64,000 nt of DNA from a virus, in the IMG/VR virus record IMGVR_UViG_3300025133_000038, positions 32,001 through 96,000 of that record; one strand, given 5' to 3'. Positions within the stretch are counted from its first letter, which is position 1; the number at the start of each line of letters is the position of its first letter. The notes under the pieces are model-generated. The model was not told where the DNA came from. It searched no databases and saw only the letters and a program-made list of their open reading frames with translations. The position numbers and the translations under genes are program-made. Shown piece by piece: positions 43,374 to 53,261 of this stretch.

Positions 43374-44819
43374 ATGGCGATACTATCAAACGCCCCAGCA
43401 GAAAGAGCTATCCTTTCTGGAGTATGTAAGTTTGGTGATGATGCTTGGTTGGACGTAGCGGATATGATTCAGCCAACGACATTTACTATTGATAGCAACA
43501 GGATGATTTGGCGATGCATGGAGCAAATATTTAAGGACCAGTCACACGACTATGTTGACGTTCCTATGATTTTGTCTGCGGCTCAAGACCTAAGCATTGG
43601 AGCCCACTTTGACAGGTCAGAAGAGGCTAAGCACCTATCTGGTATTATGAACATGCCAGTTCAGCTTGACTCAGTGAGAAGGTTTGCTGCTAAGTGTAGA
43701 AAGTTAGAGGTGGCTAGAGTAGTCAGAGGACAGCTAGACCTCGCCAAGGAAGAACTATTAGATGTAACAGGTGACGAGAGTGTGCTTTCCATCATTGGTA
43801 AGGCTGAGATTGATTTCTCATCTATGATGAAGGATAGTGAGAATGGCCCCAAGAGAATTGGTGCCAGTATCATGGACCACCTCAAACATCTGGCTGATAA
43901 CCCCGTTGAACAGATTGGTATTGCTACTGGTTTTCCAGCCTTTGATAATGCTATTGGTGGTGGACTTAGACCTGCAACTATTAATGTTATTGCTGCTCGA
44001 CCTAAGACAGGTAAGACACTACTCTCTGATAATATGGGCTATGCCATAGCAAAGAGTGGGGTTCCTGTTCTTAATCTTGACACTGAAATGACAGAAGAAG
44101 ACCACCAGAACAGATTGGCCGCAATGGTGTCTGGCTGTACCATTAACAGTATTGAAAGCGGGCAGTTTGGACAAGACCCTGAATCTAGAATGCGTGTTAG
44201 AAACGCAGGTGAAGAAATTGCCAAGGTTCCCTATGATTACATGTCTATTGCTGGCAAGCCTTTTGAAGACCAACTATCTATCATTAGGCGATGGTTAAAG
44301 AAAACTGTTGGACTACATCCTGATGGCACAGCCAAACCCTGTGTTATTATTTATGACTATCTAAAGCTAATGGACTCGTCAGGTATCTCCCAAGAGATGC
44401 AAGAGTACCAAATGCTTGGGTTTATGATGACTAGCTTGCATAACTTTGCACACCGCTATCAAGTACCATTCTTAACATTCATGCAAACAAACCGTGTTGG
44501 TATGGAGAAGGAAGACACGAGTGCTGCTGCTGGTTCAGACAGAATCATCTGGCTATGCTCTAACTTCACGCTATTCAAGATGAAGACTAATGATGAGATA
44601 CAAGAAGACGGTATTGAAAACGGTAATCGAAAACTAAAACCTATTGTCTGTCGTCATGGTCAGGGAATGGATTTTTTAAACTATATTAACTGTGCTATGA
44701 CTGGTGAGAACGCTAGAATCATAGAAGGTAAAACTAAATTTGAGACTGAACTTGAGCGTAAAGAAGAAAACGAGGGTTATGTAGATGGCGAAGATGGAGA
44801 AGACATCCCATTCGACTAA
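43374..44819 (+). CDS. dnaB: replicative DNA helicase
   Basis: AERAILS, GIATGF..D..GGL, AARPKTGKT, DTEM, IYDYLKL, Q.NR. Confidence 0.93.
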   Translation: MAILSNAPAERAILSGVCKFGDDAWLDVADMIQPTTFTIDSNRMIWRCMEQIFKDQSHDYVDVPMILSAAQDLSIGAHFDRSEEAKHLSGIMNMPVQLDSVRRFAAKCRKLEVARVVRGQLDLAKEELLDVTGDESVLSIIGKAEIDFSSMMKDSENGPKRIGASIMDHLKHLADNPVEQIGIATGFPAFDNAIGGGLRPATINVIAARPKTGKTLLSDNMGYAIAKSGVPVLNLDTEMTEEDHQNRLAAMVSGCTINSIESGQFGQDPESRMRVRNAGEEIAKVPYDYMSIAGKPFEDQLSIIRRWLKKTVGLHPDGTAKPCVIIYDYLKLMDSSGISQEMQEYQMLGFMMTSLHNFAHRYQVPFLTFMQTNRVGMEKEDTSAAAGSDRIIWLCSNFTLFKMKTNDEIQEDGIENGNRKLKPIVCRHGQGMDFLNYINCAMTGENARIIEGKTKFETELERKEENEGYVDGEDGEDIPFD

Positions 44820-45954
44820 TTATAATCATGTCGGGCAGGAGAAAATGGCAGCGATGGGTGAAGAACTCGTCGAGCGAATAGATGAGTTGTTTGATGTATT
44901 GGGCGTTACTCTCAGACGAGAGAAGAGGAAGTATGTAGGGTGTTGTCCAGTTCACGGTGGTGATAGAGACAATGCCCTTAACTTGTTCTATGAGGGTAAT
45001 AGTATGGTGGGCAACTGGAAGTGTCGCTCACACTCCTGTCACGAACGATTTAAGCCTACTATAGTAGGGTTTATACGAGGTGTCCTGTCCAACAGAGAGT
45101 TGAACTGGGAGGCTCCTGGTGACGAAATGTATAGTTTTCACGACACTATCAAGTTCATCACAGGCTTCCTCGGTAGTGACTTAGACAAGTTCTCTGTTGA
45201 CCTGAGCAAGGTTGAAAAGTCCCGCTCAGGTGACCACACTAATAGATTCTACGCTAAGAAACAAAATATTAAAAATAAGATACCCAGGGCTACAGTAAGG
45301 AAGTTTATAGTTGAACCAACGTACTACATCGACCGAAACTATTCAAAGAAAATCCTCGATAAGTATGATGTTTCCTTCTGCAACAATCCTAAGAAGCCAA
45401 TGTATAAGAGGTGTGTAACACCGATTTACGATGACGACCATAAGTTTATGGTTGGCTGCACTGGGCGCAGTATATTTGAGAAGTGTGGTGACTGTGGGGG
45501 TTTCCATGACCCTAACAGGCCATGCCCTCTACCTGATGAGGTTCGCAGGTATTCCAAATGGAAGCACAGTTATCAGTTCGCAGCAGAAGAGTGGTTATAT
45601 AACTACTGGTATGCCAAGAGGCATATCTTAGAGACTAAGTGTGCTGTGCTAGTAGAAAGCCCTGGTAATGTGTGGAGGCTTGAAGAAGCAGGCATCCACA
45701 ATAGCCTGGGGTTGTTTGGAATAGCCTTGAATGATGGTCAGCTAGATTCTCTGAACAGATGTGGGGCGATGAATATCTTGTTAGCCCTTGACAATGATGA
45801 CGCTGGTTCTTTAGGTGCTGAACCTATTATAGAAGAGCTGTCTAACTTATATAATGTAGAAGTACTAGATATTTCCGGTGCGGACATCGGAGATATGACA
45901 CCAGAACAGGTCAAGAAAGACTTATTACCACAGATTGAGAGATTTTACGTATGA
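44785..45954 (+). CDS. dnaG: DNA primase
   Basis: Zn finger CPVH...W.C..C, VG.TGR, TOPRIM LVE, DNDDAG, DIGD. Confidence 0.9.
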   Translation: MAKMEKTSHSTNYNHVGQEKMAAMGEELVERIDELFDVLGVTLRREKRKYVGCCPVHGGDRDNALNLFYEGNSMVGNWKCRSHSCHERFKPTIVGFIRGVLSNRELNWEAPGDEMYSFHDTIKFITGFLGSDLDKFSVDLSKVEKSRSGDHTNRFYAKKQNIKNKIPRATVRKFIVEPTYYIDRNYSKKILDKYDVSFCNNPKKPMYKRCVTPIYDDDHKFMVGCTGRSIFEKCGDCGGFHDPNRPCPLPDEVRRYSKWKHSYQFAAEEWLYNYWYAKRHILETKCAVLVESPGNVWRLEEAGIHNSLGLFGIALNDGQLDSLNRCGAMNILLALDNDDAGSLGAEPIIEELSNLYNVEVLDISGADIGDMTPEQVKKDLLPQIERFYV

Positions 45955-46289
45955 ATATCCTATTCCTAGACGATGATAAAAAGAGACAGAGAGATTTTAG
46001 AAGTAAGGTGCCGTCTGCAAAGATAGTGTCAACTGCTGAGGTCTGTATTAACAATATTCAAAAAGAAGATGTCTGGAATATCTTATTCTTAGAGGGTGAG
46101 TCGTGTGGTGGTACAGAAATAGTACAGTGGATAGTTGAGAACGAACCTCAGGTTCGCAATATCATTGTCCACGCACAAAATCCAGATACTGGGATGGAGA
46201 TGGTACAGGCTCTTAAGAGCGCACAGTATCAGGCTTCTTACATGCCCTTTAATACAATGCTTAAAAATATGGAGAAGGTAAATGGCTAA
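45951..46289 (+). CDS. receiver-like domain (cyclic-phosphate-processing receiver-like)
   Basis: ILFLDDD..R, G...W, IIVH..N...G..M...L. Confidence 0.65.
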   Translation: MNILFLDDDKKRQRDFRSKVPSAKIVSTAEVCINNIQKEDVWNILFLEGESCGGTEIVQWIVENEPQVRNIIVHAQNPDTGMEMVQALKSAQYQASYMPFNTMLKNMEKVNG

Positions 46290-47121
46290 TATAGTAGCGT
46301 TTTCTGGTAAGAAACAGAGTGGAAAGAACACCTCTGGGAACTTCTTACTGGGTATGAAAATGATAGACCTTGGTTTGACTCATGGTATTGAGATGACCAA
46401 GAAGGGGCAGTTGCTTATCCGAGATTTGTACGGTGACGCTCAATGGGAGGGTGTTTTCGCCTATGAAAGCACAGTGCAGACAGTCAGGGACTTTATTGAT
46501 ACGGAGATTCATCCCTGGTATAAGATATACAGCTTTGCTGACCTCCTTAAGGAGTCTCTGTGTATTGAGCTGCTTGGCTTGACCCATGAACAGTGCTATG
46601 GTACTGATGAACAGAAGAATACTCCTACTCACTTGAAGTGGGAGGATATGCCTGGAGTCGCCACAACAGACGTGTGGGGTACAATTGACGGAAAGAAAAC
46701 TCTAGATAGTCTAGGGATGGCCTATCATACCCCTGGATTTATGACAGCCCGTGAGGTTATGCAGTTTGTCGGAACAGACATTATGCGTAAGATGTATGGT
46801 GATGTATGGTCCAAAGGAACAGTAAATAGGATTCTCAAAGAGAACTCTGAGATGGCAGCAATATGTGACTGTCGTTTTCCTAATGAGGTAGAGGCAGTAC
46901 AAGAGGCTGGCGGGAAAGTAATTAGATTGACACGATTTACAACAGATGTAGACCCACATCCTAGTGAGACAGCATTGGACGGCTACAAAGGGTTTGACGC
47001 CGTAATTGATAATCAAAATATGAGCCTGGGTGAACAAAACGGAGCTATCTATGACCAACTTACGAAGTGGGGTTTCCCACTACCAAAGCTTGACGGGTTA
47101 GAGACTAACATTAAAGAGTAA
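46282..47121 (+). CDS. deoxynucleoside monophosphate kinase
   Basis: SGKKQSGKNT, SFAD.LK, RE.MQ.VGTD, DCRFPNE, H.SE. Confidence 0.9.
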   Translation: MANIVAFSGKKQSGKNTSGNFLLGMKMIDLGLTHGIEMTKKGQLLIRDLYGDAQWEGVFAYESTVQTVRDFIDTEIHPWYKIYSFADLLKESLCIELLGLTHEQCYGTDEQKNTPTHLKWEDMPGVATTDVWGTIDGKKTLDSLGMAYHTPGFMTAREVMQFVGTDIMRKMYGDVWSKGTVNRILKENSEMAAICDCRFPNEVEAVQEAGGKVIRLTRFTTDVDPHPSETALDGYKGFDAVIDNQNMSLGEQNGAIYDQLTKWGFPLPKLDGLETNIKE

Positions 47122-47127
47122 ATTTAT

Positions 47128-48225
47128 ATGGGAATGCCTATAACGTATTTTAGAAGCAGTAGTTACAATGGCTGGGACATGTGTCCTATGCAGTACATGA
47201 TTGAATATGTCTTAGGGCATAGAGGTAAGTCAGGTCTTGCAGCAGACAAGGGAACTATTGTCCACAAGGTACTTGAAATAATAGCTAATGCTAAGATTGC
47301 CCATCAGGGTGGACTAACATCAATTACGGAGACTGACATTGGTACTCATACCTGGACTGTTCACGAGGATACCATCCTTGACGAAGAACAGGTTGATGAG
47401 ATTACCAACGTGGTCTTTGAATACTATAAGACGAGGACTCCACACAAGTGGGCTCCTAAGGACTACCGTGACGTTCACAAGTGGGTACAAAAAGCACTCG
47501 CTCTGAATGATGGTGAGTTTGACCCTCGTAACAAAGATATTGTTGAGGCTGAGGCCCGCTTTGACTTTGAGATTGAGGAGCCTTGGGCTTACTATAAGTT
47601 GGATGAGGTAGAGGGCTTCCTTGCTTTGAAGGGAACTATTGACCAAGTTAATAGGGTGGACGATACTACGTTAGAAATCCTTGATTGGAAGACAGGGCGT
47701 AGGCTTAACTGGGCGACTGGCAAAGAGAAGGATTATGCTGCTCTGTGTAAAGACCCTCAGCTACGTATCTATCACTATGCTGCGCATAAGATGTGGCCTG
47801 AGATTGAGCAGATACTAGTGACCATCTACTTCATTAATGATGGTGGGCCTTTCACGGTGTGCTTCGGACCTGAGGAATTAAAAGAAACAGAGAAGATGCT
47901 ACAGAAGAGATTTGAGGAGATTAAGACCAATGAGATGCCTCAAAAGAAAGTCTCTTGGAAGTGTAGTAAGTTCTGTGGTCAAGGTAAGAGTACGTTTGAG
48001 GGGACTACCAACAAGGAGGGTGGTGACATCAAACCTCTTATTCAAAGGCAGGATGGTCACGTTACAAAGGCTGGACAGGTGATGTCTAAGTGTGAACAGA
48101 CCGACTATGCACTAAGACACAAGGGTATGGAATCAGTAATTAAAAATATGACCGCCGATGGACACGAGGTTGCCTTTTATAAGGCTCCAGGCGAGGTCGA
48201 GGAGGAGAAAAAAGATGAAGCGTAG
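47128..48225 (+). CDS. PD-(D/E)XK exonuclease (Cas4/RecB-like)
   Basis: CP, GTIVH..LE, E, GTID, DWKTG, QL..Y, C..C. Confidence 0.88.
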   Translation: MGMPITYFRSSSYNGWDMCPMQYMIEYVLGHRGKSGLAADKGTIVHKVLEIIANAKIAHQGGLTSITETDIGTHTWTVHEDTILDEEQVDEITNVVFEYYKTRTPHKWAPKDYRDVHKWVQKALALNDGEFDPRNKDIVEAEARFDFEIEEPWAYYKLDEVEGFLALKGTIDQVNRVDDTTLEILDWKTGRRLNWATGKEKDYAALCKDPQLRIYHYAAHKMWPEIEQILVTIYFINDGGPFTVCFGPEELKETEKMLQKRFEEIKTNEMPQKKVSWKCSKFCGQGKSTFEGTTNKEGGDIKPLIQRQDGHVTKAGQVMSKCEQTDYALRHKGMESVIKNMTADGHEVAFYKAPGEVEEEKKDEA

Positions 48226-48826
48226 AACATTTATGAAGGCAGTAGCAGCGACTACTAGCCTTGTAGTCTTGCCTTTTAAGGCATTAGCTAAGAAACAACC
48301 TATGAGTTGGGAATATCCTGCGATAGGTAAGATTGAGAGTATCTATTGCTCTAATGATATTTCTTCTTCTGTTATGTTTAATGGTGGTCCAAGTTATGAG
48401 CTTCCTCGTAAGAATGGTCCCTATATTAGATGGATAAACTTTCCTATCGAGACTATGCTGGAGATAAACTTCGAGAACGAGGCTTGTATTGTCTACAAGG
48501 GGTTTAACTTCAAGCGAGAGCAGATAGAAGGTAAGACACTAGATGAGATGATTCACCATGTTAAAATATCAAAGATGGGTATCTCAGAACTATACTTAGA
48601 TAAAAAGAATTGCTTTAAGATGAGCAGCGTAACCTTTCCAAACCCAACAAAGGAAACGATTGTAGTAAACCTAGAAGACTTAGGTTTGGGAGACATGAGG
48701 AGGGTTCCTAATGATAATGCTCCACGCATCACCTATGAGACATTGTTTGATGGAAAGCCTGCTAGTGAGGTGGATTTATCTCGTTACCGAGAATCGGAAG
48801 CCGAAATACTAAAGAGGTATATTTGA
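48215..48826 (+). CDS. hypothetical protein with twin-arginine-like N-terminus
   Basis: MKRRTFMKAVAA...KALA. Confidence 0.65.
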   Translation: MKRRTFMKAVAATTSLVVLPFKALAKKQPMSWEYPAIGKIESIYCSNDISSSVMFNGGPSYELPRKNGPYIRWINFPIETMLEINFENEACIVYKGFNFKREQIEGKTLDEMIHHVKISKMGISELYLDKKNCFKMSSVTFPNPTKETIVVNLEDLGLGDMRRVPNDNAPRITYETLFDGKPASEVDLSRYRESEAEILKRYI

Positions 48827-49278
48827 TGCACCCTGGATGGCCTGCATATTGGGCTGATTACAAGAGGTGCCTGAGGGCACAAGGAATTGAAGTAAAGGAA
48901 CCAAAGATGGACCTGACATTTAAGAAGTTGGCAGAAGGGCTAAAGGAAAGCAACAAGAACTACTTTCCTCATGCTCGTAAGTGGACTGGGTCGGACTGGA
49001 TGACAGCCCTATGTGGTGAGGTGGGTGAAGCCGCCAACATAATCAAGAAGATTAACCGTGGTGATTTTAAAACAGAGGAAAAACTAGCTATCGCCCATAA
49101 GGAACTAAGCAAGGAGTTTGCTGATATTCTCATGTACTTAGAGCATATCTCTCGTCACTATGGTATAGACCTAGAGAAGGCAGTTCTTGACAAGTTTGAG
49201 GAAGTTATGACTCGCGTTGACAGCGACCTTTCTCTCAGAGAAAAAGATGACAAAAAATCGGTTTACCCACAATATTAG
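48826..49278 (+). CDS. MazG-like nucleotide pyrophosphohydrolase
   Basis: GEVGE.AN..KK...E.AD...Y...YGIDLE.A...KF. Confidence 0.85.
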   Translation: MHPGWPAYWADYKRCLRAQGIEVKEPKMDLTFKKLAEGLKESNKNYFPHARKWTGSDWMTALCGEVGEAANIIKKINRGDFKTEEKLAIAHKELSKEFADILMYLEHISRHYGIDLEKAVLDKFEEVMTRVDSDLSLREKDDKKSVYPQY

Positions 49279-49296
49279 AATTTTCCGCGAGCGACC

Positions 49297-49324
49297 TTGA
49301 CAAAATCGCCTTTCGCCCTATAAT
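49297..49324 (+). promoter_or_regulatory. sigma70-type promoter
   Basis: TTGACA-N16-TATAAT. Confidence 0.85.
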
Positions 49325-49365
49325 ACCCAAAGACAACTTGAGACTTTTCACAAAACGAGATTGAT

Positions 49366-51246
49366 ATGAAAACTTATACACCACTACATTGTCATACTCA
49401 TTACAGTCTACTTGATGGCCTATCAAAGCCAGAGAAGGTAGCTGAGAGACTTGACGAGATAGGTGTTGAGGCGTGTGCTATCACAGACCACGGTAATATC
49501 AGTGGTAGTGTGGCCTTCTCTAATGCCCTAAGGGGCCATGAACGCCCTAAGAAATCTATTCTTGGGTGCGAACTATATGTTTGTAGTGAACATGCTACTA
49601 TTCAAGTTCCAGAGAACCAAAAGCTACTACATCTTCCAGTCCTAGCTAAGAACAAGGCTGGTTGGAACAAGTTAATTCACCTAACTAGTAGTTCTAATTC
49701 CTCGGAACACTTCTATCATAAGCCCCGGCTGTCCCTAGACCAGATAACGGAGTATTCTGGTAACCTTATTGGCTTCAGTGGTCACCTGGGTTCCCATATT
49801 GCCTCCTCTATCCTGGTTGATGGTAAGCCCCATGATAACTGGCGTAAGCAAACAGCTAAGCTAGCCGAATGGATGCGAGACTGTTTCGGTAAGGACAATT
49901 TCTACCTAGAAATCCAACTAATGGACCACGTAAGCAATCCCCTACAGAAGGTGGTAGCAGACTGCGTGCGAACAATTAGTAAGGACACAGGTATCCCCTG
50001 CATTGCTACTCCTGACGCCCACTATGCTAGGTCAGAAGACGCAATCGACCAGAGGATTCTTCTCTGCACCAACTTGAGAAAGACTCTAACTGAGTGTTAT
50101 AACGATAAGAATCAAACTATGGGTTGTTTCTTCAAGTCTGAGAATTATCACATCCCTTCATACGAAGAGATGCTTTCATATGGGCATACTGAGGAAGAGT
50201 TAGATAACACAATGGCTCTGACTAGTACTGTTGATGACTATCAGATTGTTGGCCCTCCTATTTTCCCTCAGTTTGAATGTCCTGGTGGCATTAGTGCTGA
50301 TGACCACCTAAGGCAGATGTGTAGGGATGGTTTTAGGCAAAAGGTACTAGAGAAGGGATTAGATACAGCCCAATATGGGGCTCAGGCAGACAAAGAACTT
50401 AAGGTATTTGTAGATGCTCAACTATCTGCGTACTTCCTGATTGTTCAGGATGTTCTACAGTTTTGTACTGATAAAGGGTGGATGTTAGGACCGGGGCGTG
50501 GCTCAGCAGCAGGCTGTCTAGTCTCATACCTGATTGACATTACTCAGATTGACCCTCTTCCACATGAGTTGTGGTTTGAGCGATTTTATAACGCTGGCCG
50601 TAATAGTGCTGACCATGTATCTATTCCTGATATTGATATGGACGTGCCTATCACCAAGCGGGCGGCTGTTATTGACTATTTAAAAGAGAAGTACGGGCAA
50701 GACAAAGTCTCTCAGATGATTACCTATCAGACAATGAAGGGTAGTGGGGCGTTGAAGGCTGTACTAAGGGCTCACGGTGGTGTTCCGTTCGAGATGATGA
50801 ACGAGATGACCAAGAACATGCCTGAGGAGGCTAAGATTTCCAGTGAGCTTCAGGCGATGAAGGATGCTACTGGTAGTGCCTCTATTATTCAGTGGGCGCT
50901 GGAGAACAGAGCGAAGGATTTTGCTGACTGGGTGACGATGGATGACGAGGGTAACCTTGAGGGTCCATTCGCACAGCGGTTTGAACAGGCTATGAGACTA
51001 GAGGGTACTAAGGTAGCTCAGTCTAAGCACGCTGCTGGTGTAGTTATTGCACCGGAGGCCCTAAGTAACATCTGTCCGATGGTACTGGATACAAAGAGCA
51101 AGGAACGCAACATGATTGCGGGACTTGAAATGAATGACCTTGAGGCGTTAGGCTTAATCAAATTTGATGTACTTGGCATTGCTTACTTGGATAAGATTAT
51201 GGGTATTCAGGACATTCTTGGGACAGGGGAGATTCAGTGTGCGTAA
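49366..51246 (+). CDS. dnaE: DNA polymerase III alpha, N-terminal half (PHP plus palm)
   Basis: HCHTHYSLLDG, TDHG, DAHY, GRGSAAG, FERF, PDIDMD, HAAGVV, KFDVLG. Confidence 0.93.
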   Translation: MKTYTPLHCHTHYSLLDGLSKPEKVAERLDEIGVEACAITDHGNISGSVAFSNALRGHERPKKSILGCELYVCSEHATIQVPENQKLLHLPVLAKNKAGWNKLIHLTSSSNSSEHFYHKPRLSLDQITEYSGNLIGFSGHLGSHIASSILVDGKPHDNWRKQTAKLAEWMRDCFGKDNFYLEIQLMDHVSNPLQKVVADCVRTISKDTGIPCIATPDAHYARSEDAIDQRILLCTNLRKTLTECYNDKNQTMGCFFKSENYHIPSYEEMLSYGHTEEELDNTMALTSTVDDYQIVGPPIFPQFECPGGISADDHLRQMCRDGFRQKVLEKGLDTAQYGAQADKELKVFVDAQLSAYFLIVQDVLQFCTDKGWMLGPGRGSAAGCLVSYLIDITQIDPLPHELWFERFYNAGRNSADHVSIPDIDMDVPITKRAAVIDYLKEKYGQDKVSQMITYQTMKGSGALKAVLRAHGGVPFEMMNEMTKNMPEEAKISSELQAMKDATGSASIIQWALENRAKDFADWVTMDDEGNLEGPFAQRFEQAMRLEGTKVAQSKHAAGVVIAPEALSNICPMVLDTKSKERNMIAGLEMNDLEALGLIKFDVLGIAYLDKIMGIQDILGTGEIQCA

Positions 51247-52192
51247 ATCAAGACACAAAGATATGTCTCGTCAAAAATTTCATATGTTTACTCTTATAAA
51301 GAGGGTGGAGAATACTAAGCATGGAGAAGTAAAATATTTATGTGAATGTGATTGTGGAACAATAAAAGAGGTTGTTTTATCACACCTAAGAAGAAATAGT
51401 GTGAAATCTTGCGGCTGTAAGAGAAGAAGTAGTCTAGAGGGTAAAAAATTTGGAAGATTATTGGTTAAAAAATATTCCCACACAGATAAGCATCGTTGTA
51501 TGAGATGGGAATGTTTATGTAAATGTGGAAATATCTGCTATCCAACTTCTGCCCATTTAACTACTGGCACTGTAAAGTCTTGCGGGTGTTTAGTCGCAAA
51601 GAGCAATCAAATTAAATTGGATAATATAAAACAGGATAGGGTTTTAAATAATAATTTAGCAAAACTACATCCTAACCTTTGTTTAATATGGGATTATAAA
51701 AAAAACAACAAAACGCCAGAAGAATTTACTAGCGGCAGTGGAGAAAAAGTGTGGTGGACTTGTGATAAACACGAGTCTTATCTACAAACTATATATGCTA
51801 AGTCTAAAAGGAATCATACTTGTCCAAAATGTAAGGTTTCCCATGGAGAAAGACGGATAATATCTATCCTAGATAAGTTAAAGATAGAATATTTATTTGA
51901 CCAGAAAGAAAATAAGTATAAAGAGATAGAAGATTGTAAAATAGATTTTTACCTACCAAGGTTTGACCTGTATGTAGAATATCATGGGCGACAACACTAT
52001 AAAGCTATTGATATTGGAGTATGGGGAATAAAATCCAAAGAAGAAGGTGAAGCTAGATTGAAGAAACAACAGATAAGGGACCAATTGGTCCGAGACACAC
52101 TAGGTAACAAACTACTAGAAATTCCATACTGGGATTTCGATAATATTGAAACTTTAATTTTGGAGAAATTAGAATGGTTAAAAGAGAACTGA
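51239..52192 (+). mobile_element. free-standing homing endonuclease (Zn-ribbon repeats plus Vsr-like nuclease)
   Basis: Two CxC..SCGC repeats, KVWW.C..H..CPKC, S.GE, DFYLP...VEYHG.QHY; markedly AT-rich. Confidence 0.8.
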
Positions 52193-52554
52193 AGTTTAAA
52201 GACCTAAGCGAAGGAGAAATCTTTAAGCATAACGGTAGATGGCTAAAGAAAGTTCGTCCTCATGGATTGCTCTGGGCTCCAAAGAAGAACGCTACTGAAG
52301 TTAACACAGGAGATGAAGATTTCTTTGTAGATGATTCAACCCTAGTTAGCGTCGATAGCGAACTACCACAAGTAGACGAAGCCCCAGAGATGGAGCAGGT
52401 ATTTGAACAAGGGCAACTTGAGTGTGAAGACCCACTTGGAGTAGAGAAAACCCCTGAAAAGTCAGACCTAACCTTTGACTATGGTAGTTCTGAAGAGGAT
52501 TCTGAAAAGGGCTGTGATGAAGACTGCGATGAAGGTTGCGGGAGTTGTGACTAA
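52174..52554 (+). CDS. hypothetical protein with acidic/Cys tail
   Basis: FKDL..GE.F N-terminal motif. Confidence 0.65.
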   Translation: MVKRELKFKDLSEGEIFKHNGRWLKKVRPHGLLWAPKKNATEVNTGDEDFFVDDSTLVSVDSELPQVDEAPEMEQVFEQGQLECEDPLGVEKTPEKSDLTFDYGSSEEDSEKGCDEDCDEGCGSCD

Positions 52555-53261
52555 TGAATTTCAAAAACATCGTAGTCTATGACTGGGAGACAGACTCACC
52601 TAAACCTGAGACCTGCAACCCAGTCCAACTCGGTGCTGTAGTTATCAACCCTCGTAAGCTAGAGTTCATTAAAGGTGCTGAGTTTAACTCAGATATGAGA
52701 CCTCTAGACATTGATGATGATGACTATTTCGACCGAAACAAAAGCACCATCGAGTGGCACTCTAGAATTTCTAAGTGTTCAACTGATGAGGTTATTGCAA
52801 GATGGAAGGCAGCTCCTTCACAAGAGTCGGTATGGCGTAGTTTCACTCAGTGGCTATCAAAGTATCACCTAAAGCAATCTCGTCAGTCTAAGTTCACGGC
52901 CCCTATTAGGGCTGGGTATAACATTCTCAAGTTCGATGATGTTATCACTCAGAGAATGGCCGAGAAGTATGGTGACGTTGAAAAGGATGGGACAATCAAG
53001 ATTTGGTCACCTAGAGACCACATTGACTTGCTCCCTATGATGTTCTGGTGGTTTGAGAACCAAGAAAATCCTCAGAAGTATACTATGGATGTAATGAGAC
53101 CCTACTTTGGCGTTAGCGCTGAGAAGGCTCACGATGCCCTTAAGGATGTATATGACGAAGGCCAGATACTAATTAAGTGTCTACAGACACAACGATGGCT
53201 GACTGACAAACTACTTACCCAAGGAAAGTTAGGTCCGAAAAGTGGAAAAGTTCAAGTTTAA
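52554..53261 (+). CDS. DEDDh 3'-5' exonuclease (DnaQ/epsilon-like)
   Basis: DWET, GYN...FD, AHDALKD. Confidence 0.9.
   Translation: MNFKNIVVYDWETDSPKPETCNPVQLGAVVINPRKLEFIKGAEFNSDMRPLDIDDDDYFDRNKSTIEWHSRISKCSTDEVIARWKAAPSQESVWRSFTQWLSKYHLKQSRQSKFTAPIRAGYNILKFDDVITQRMAEKYGDVEKDGTIKIWSPRDHIDLLPMMFWWFENQENPQKYTMDVMRPYFGVSAEKAHDALKDVYDEGQILIKCLQTQRWLTDKLLTQGKLGPKSGKVQV

Noticed and set aside
53221-53261. Programmed frameshift fusing DnaQ to DnaE-C
   Set aside because: The 20-nt overlap has a plausible AAGGA RBS and GTG start, and no convincing slippery site for the required shift
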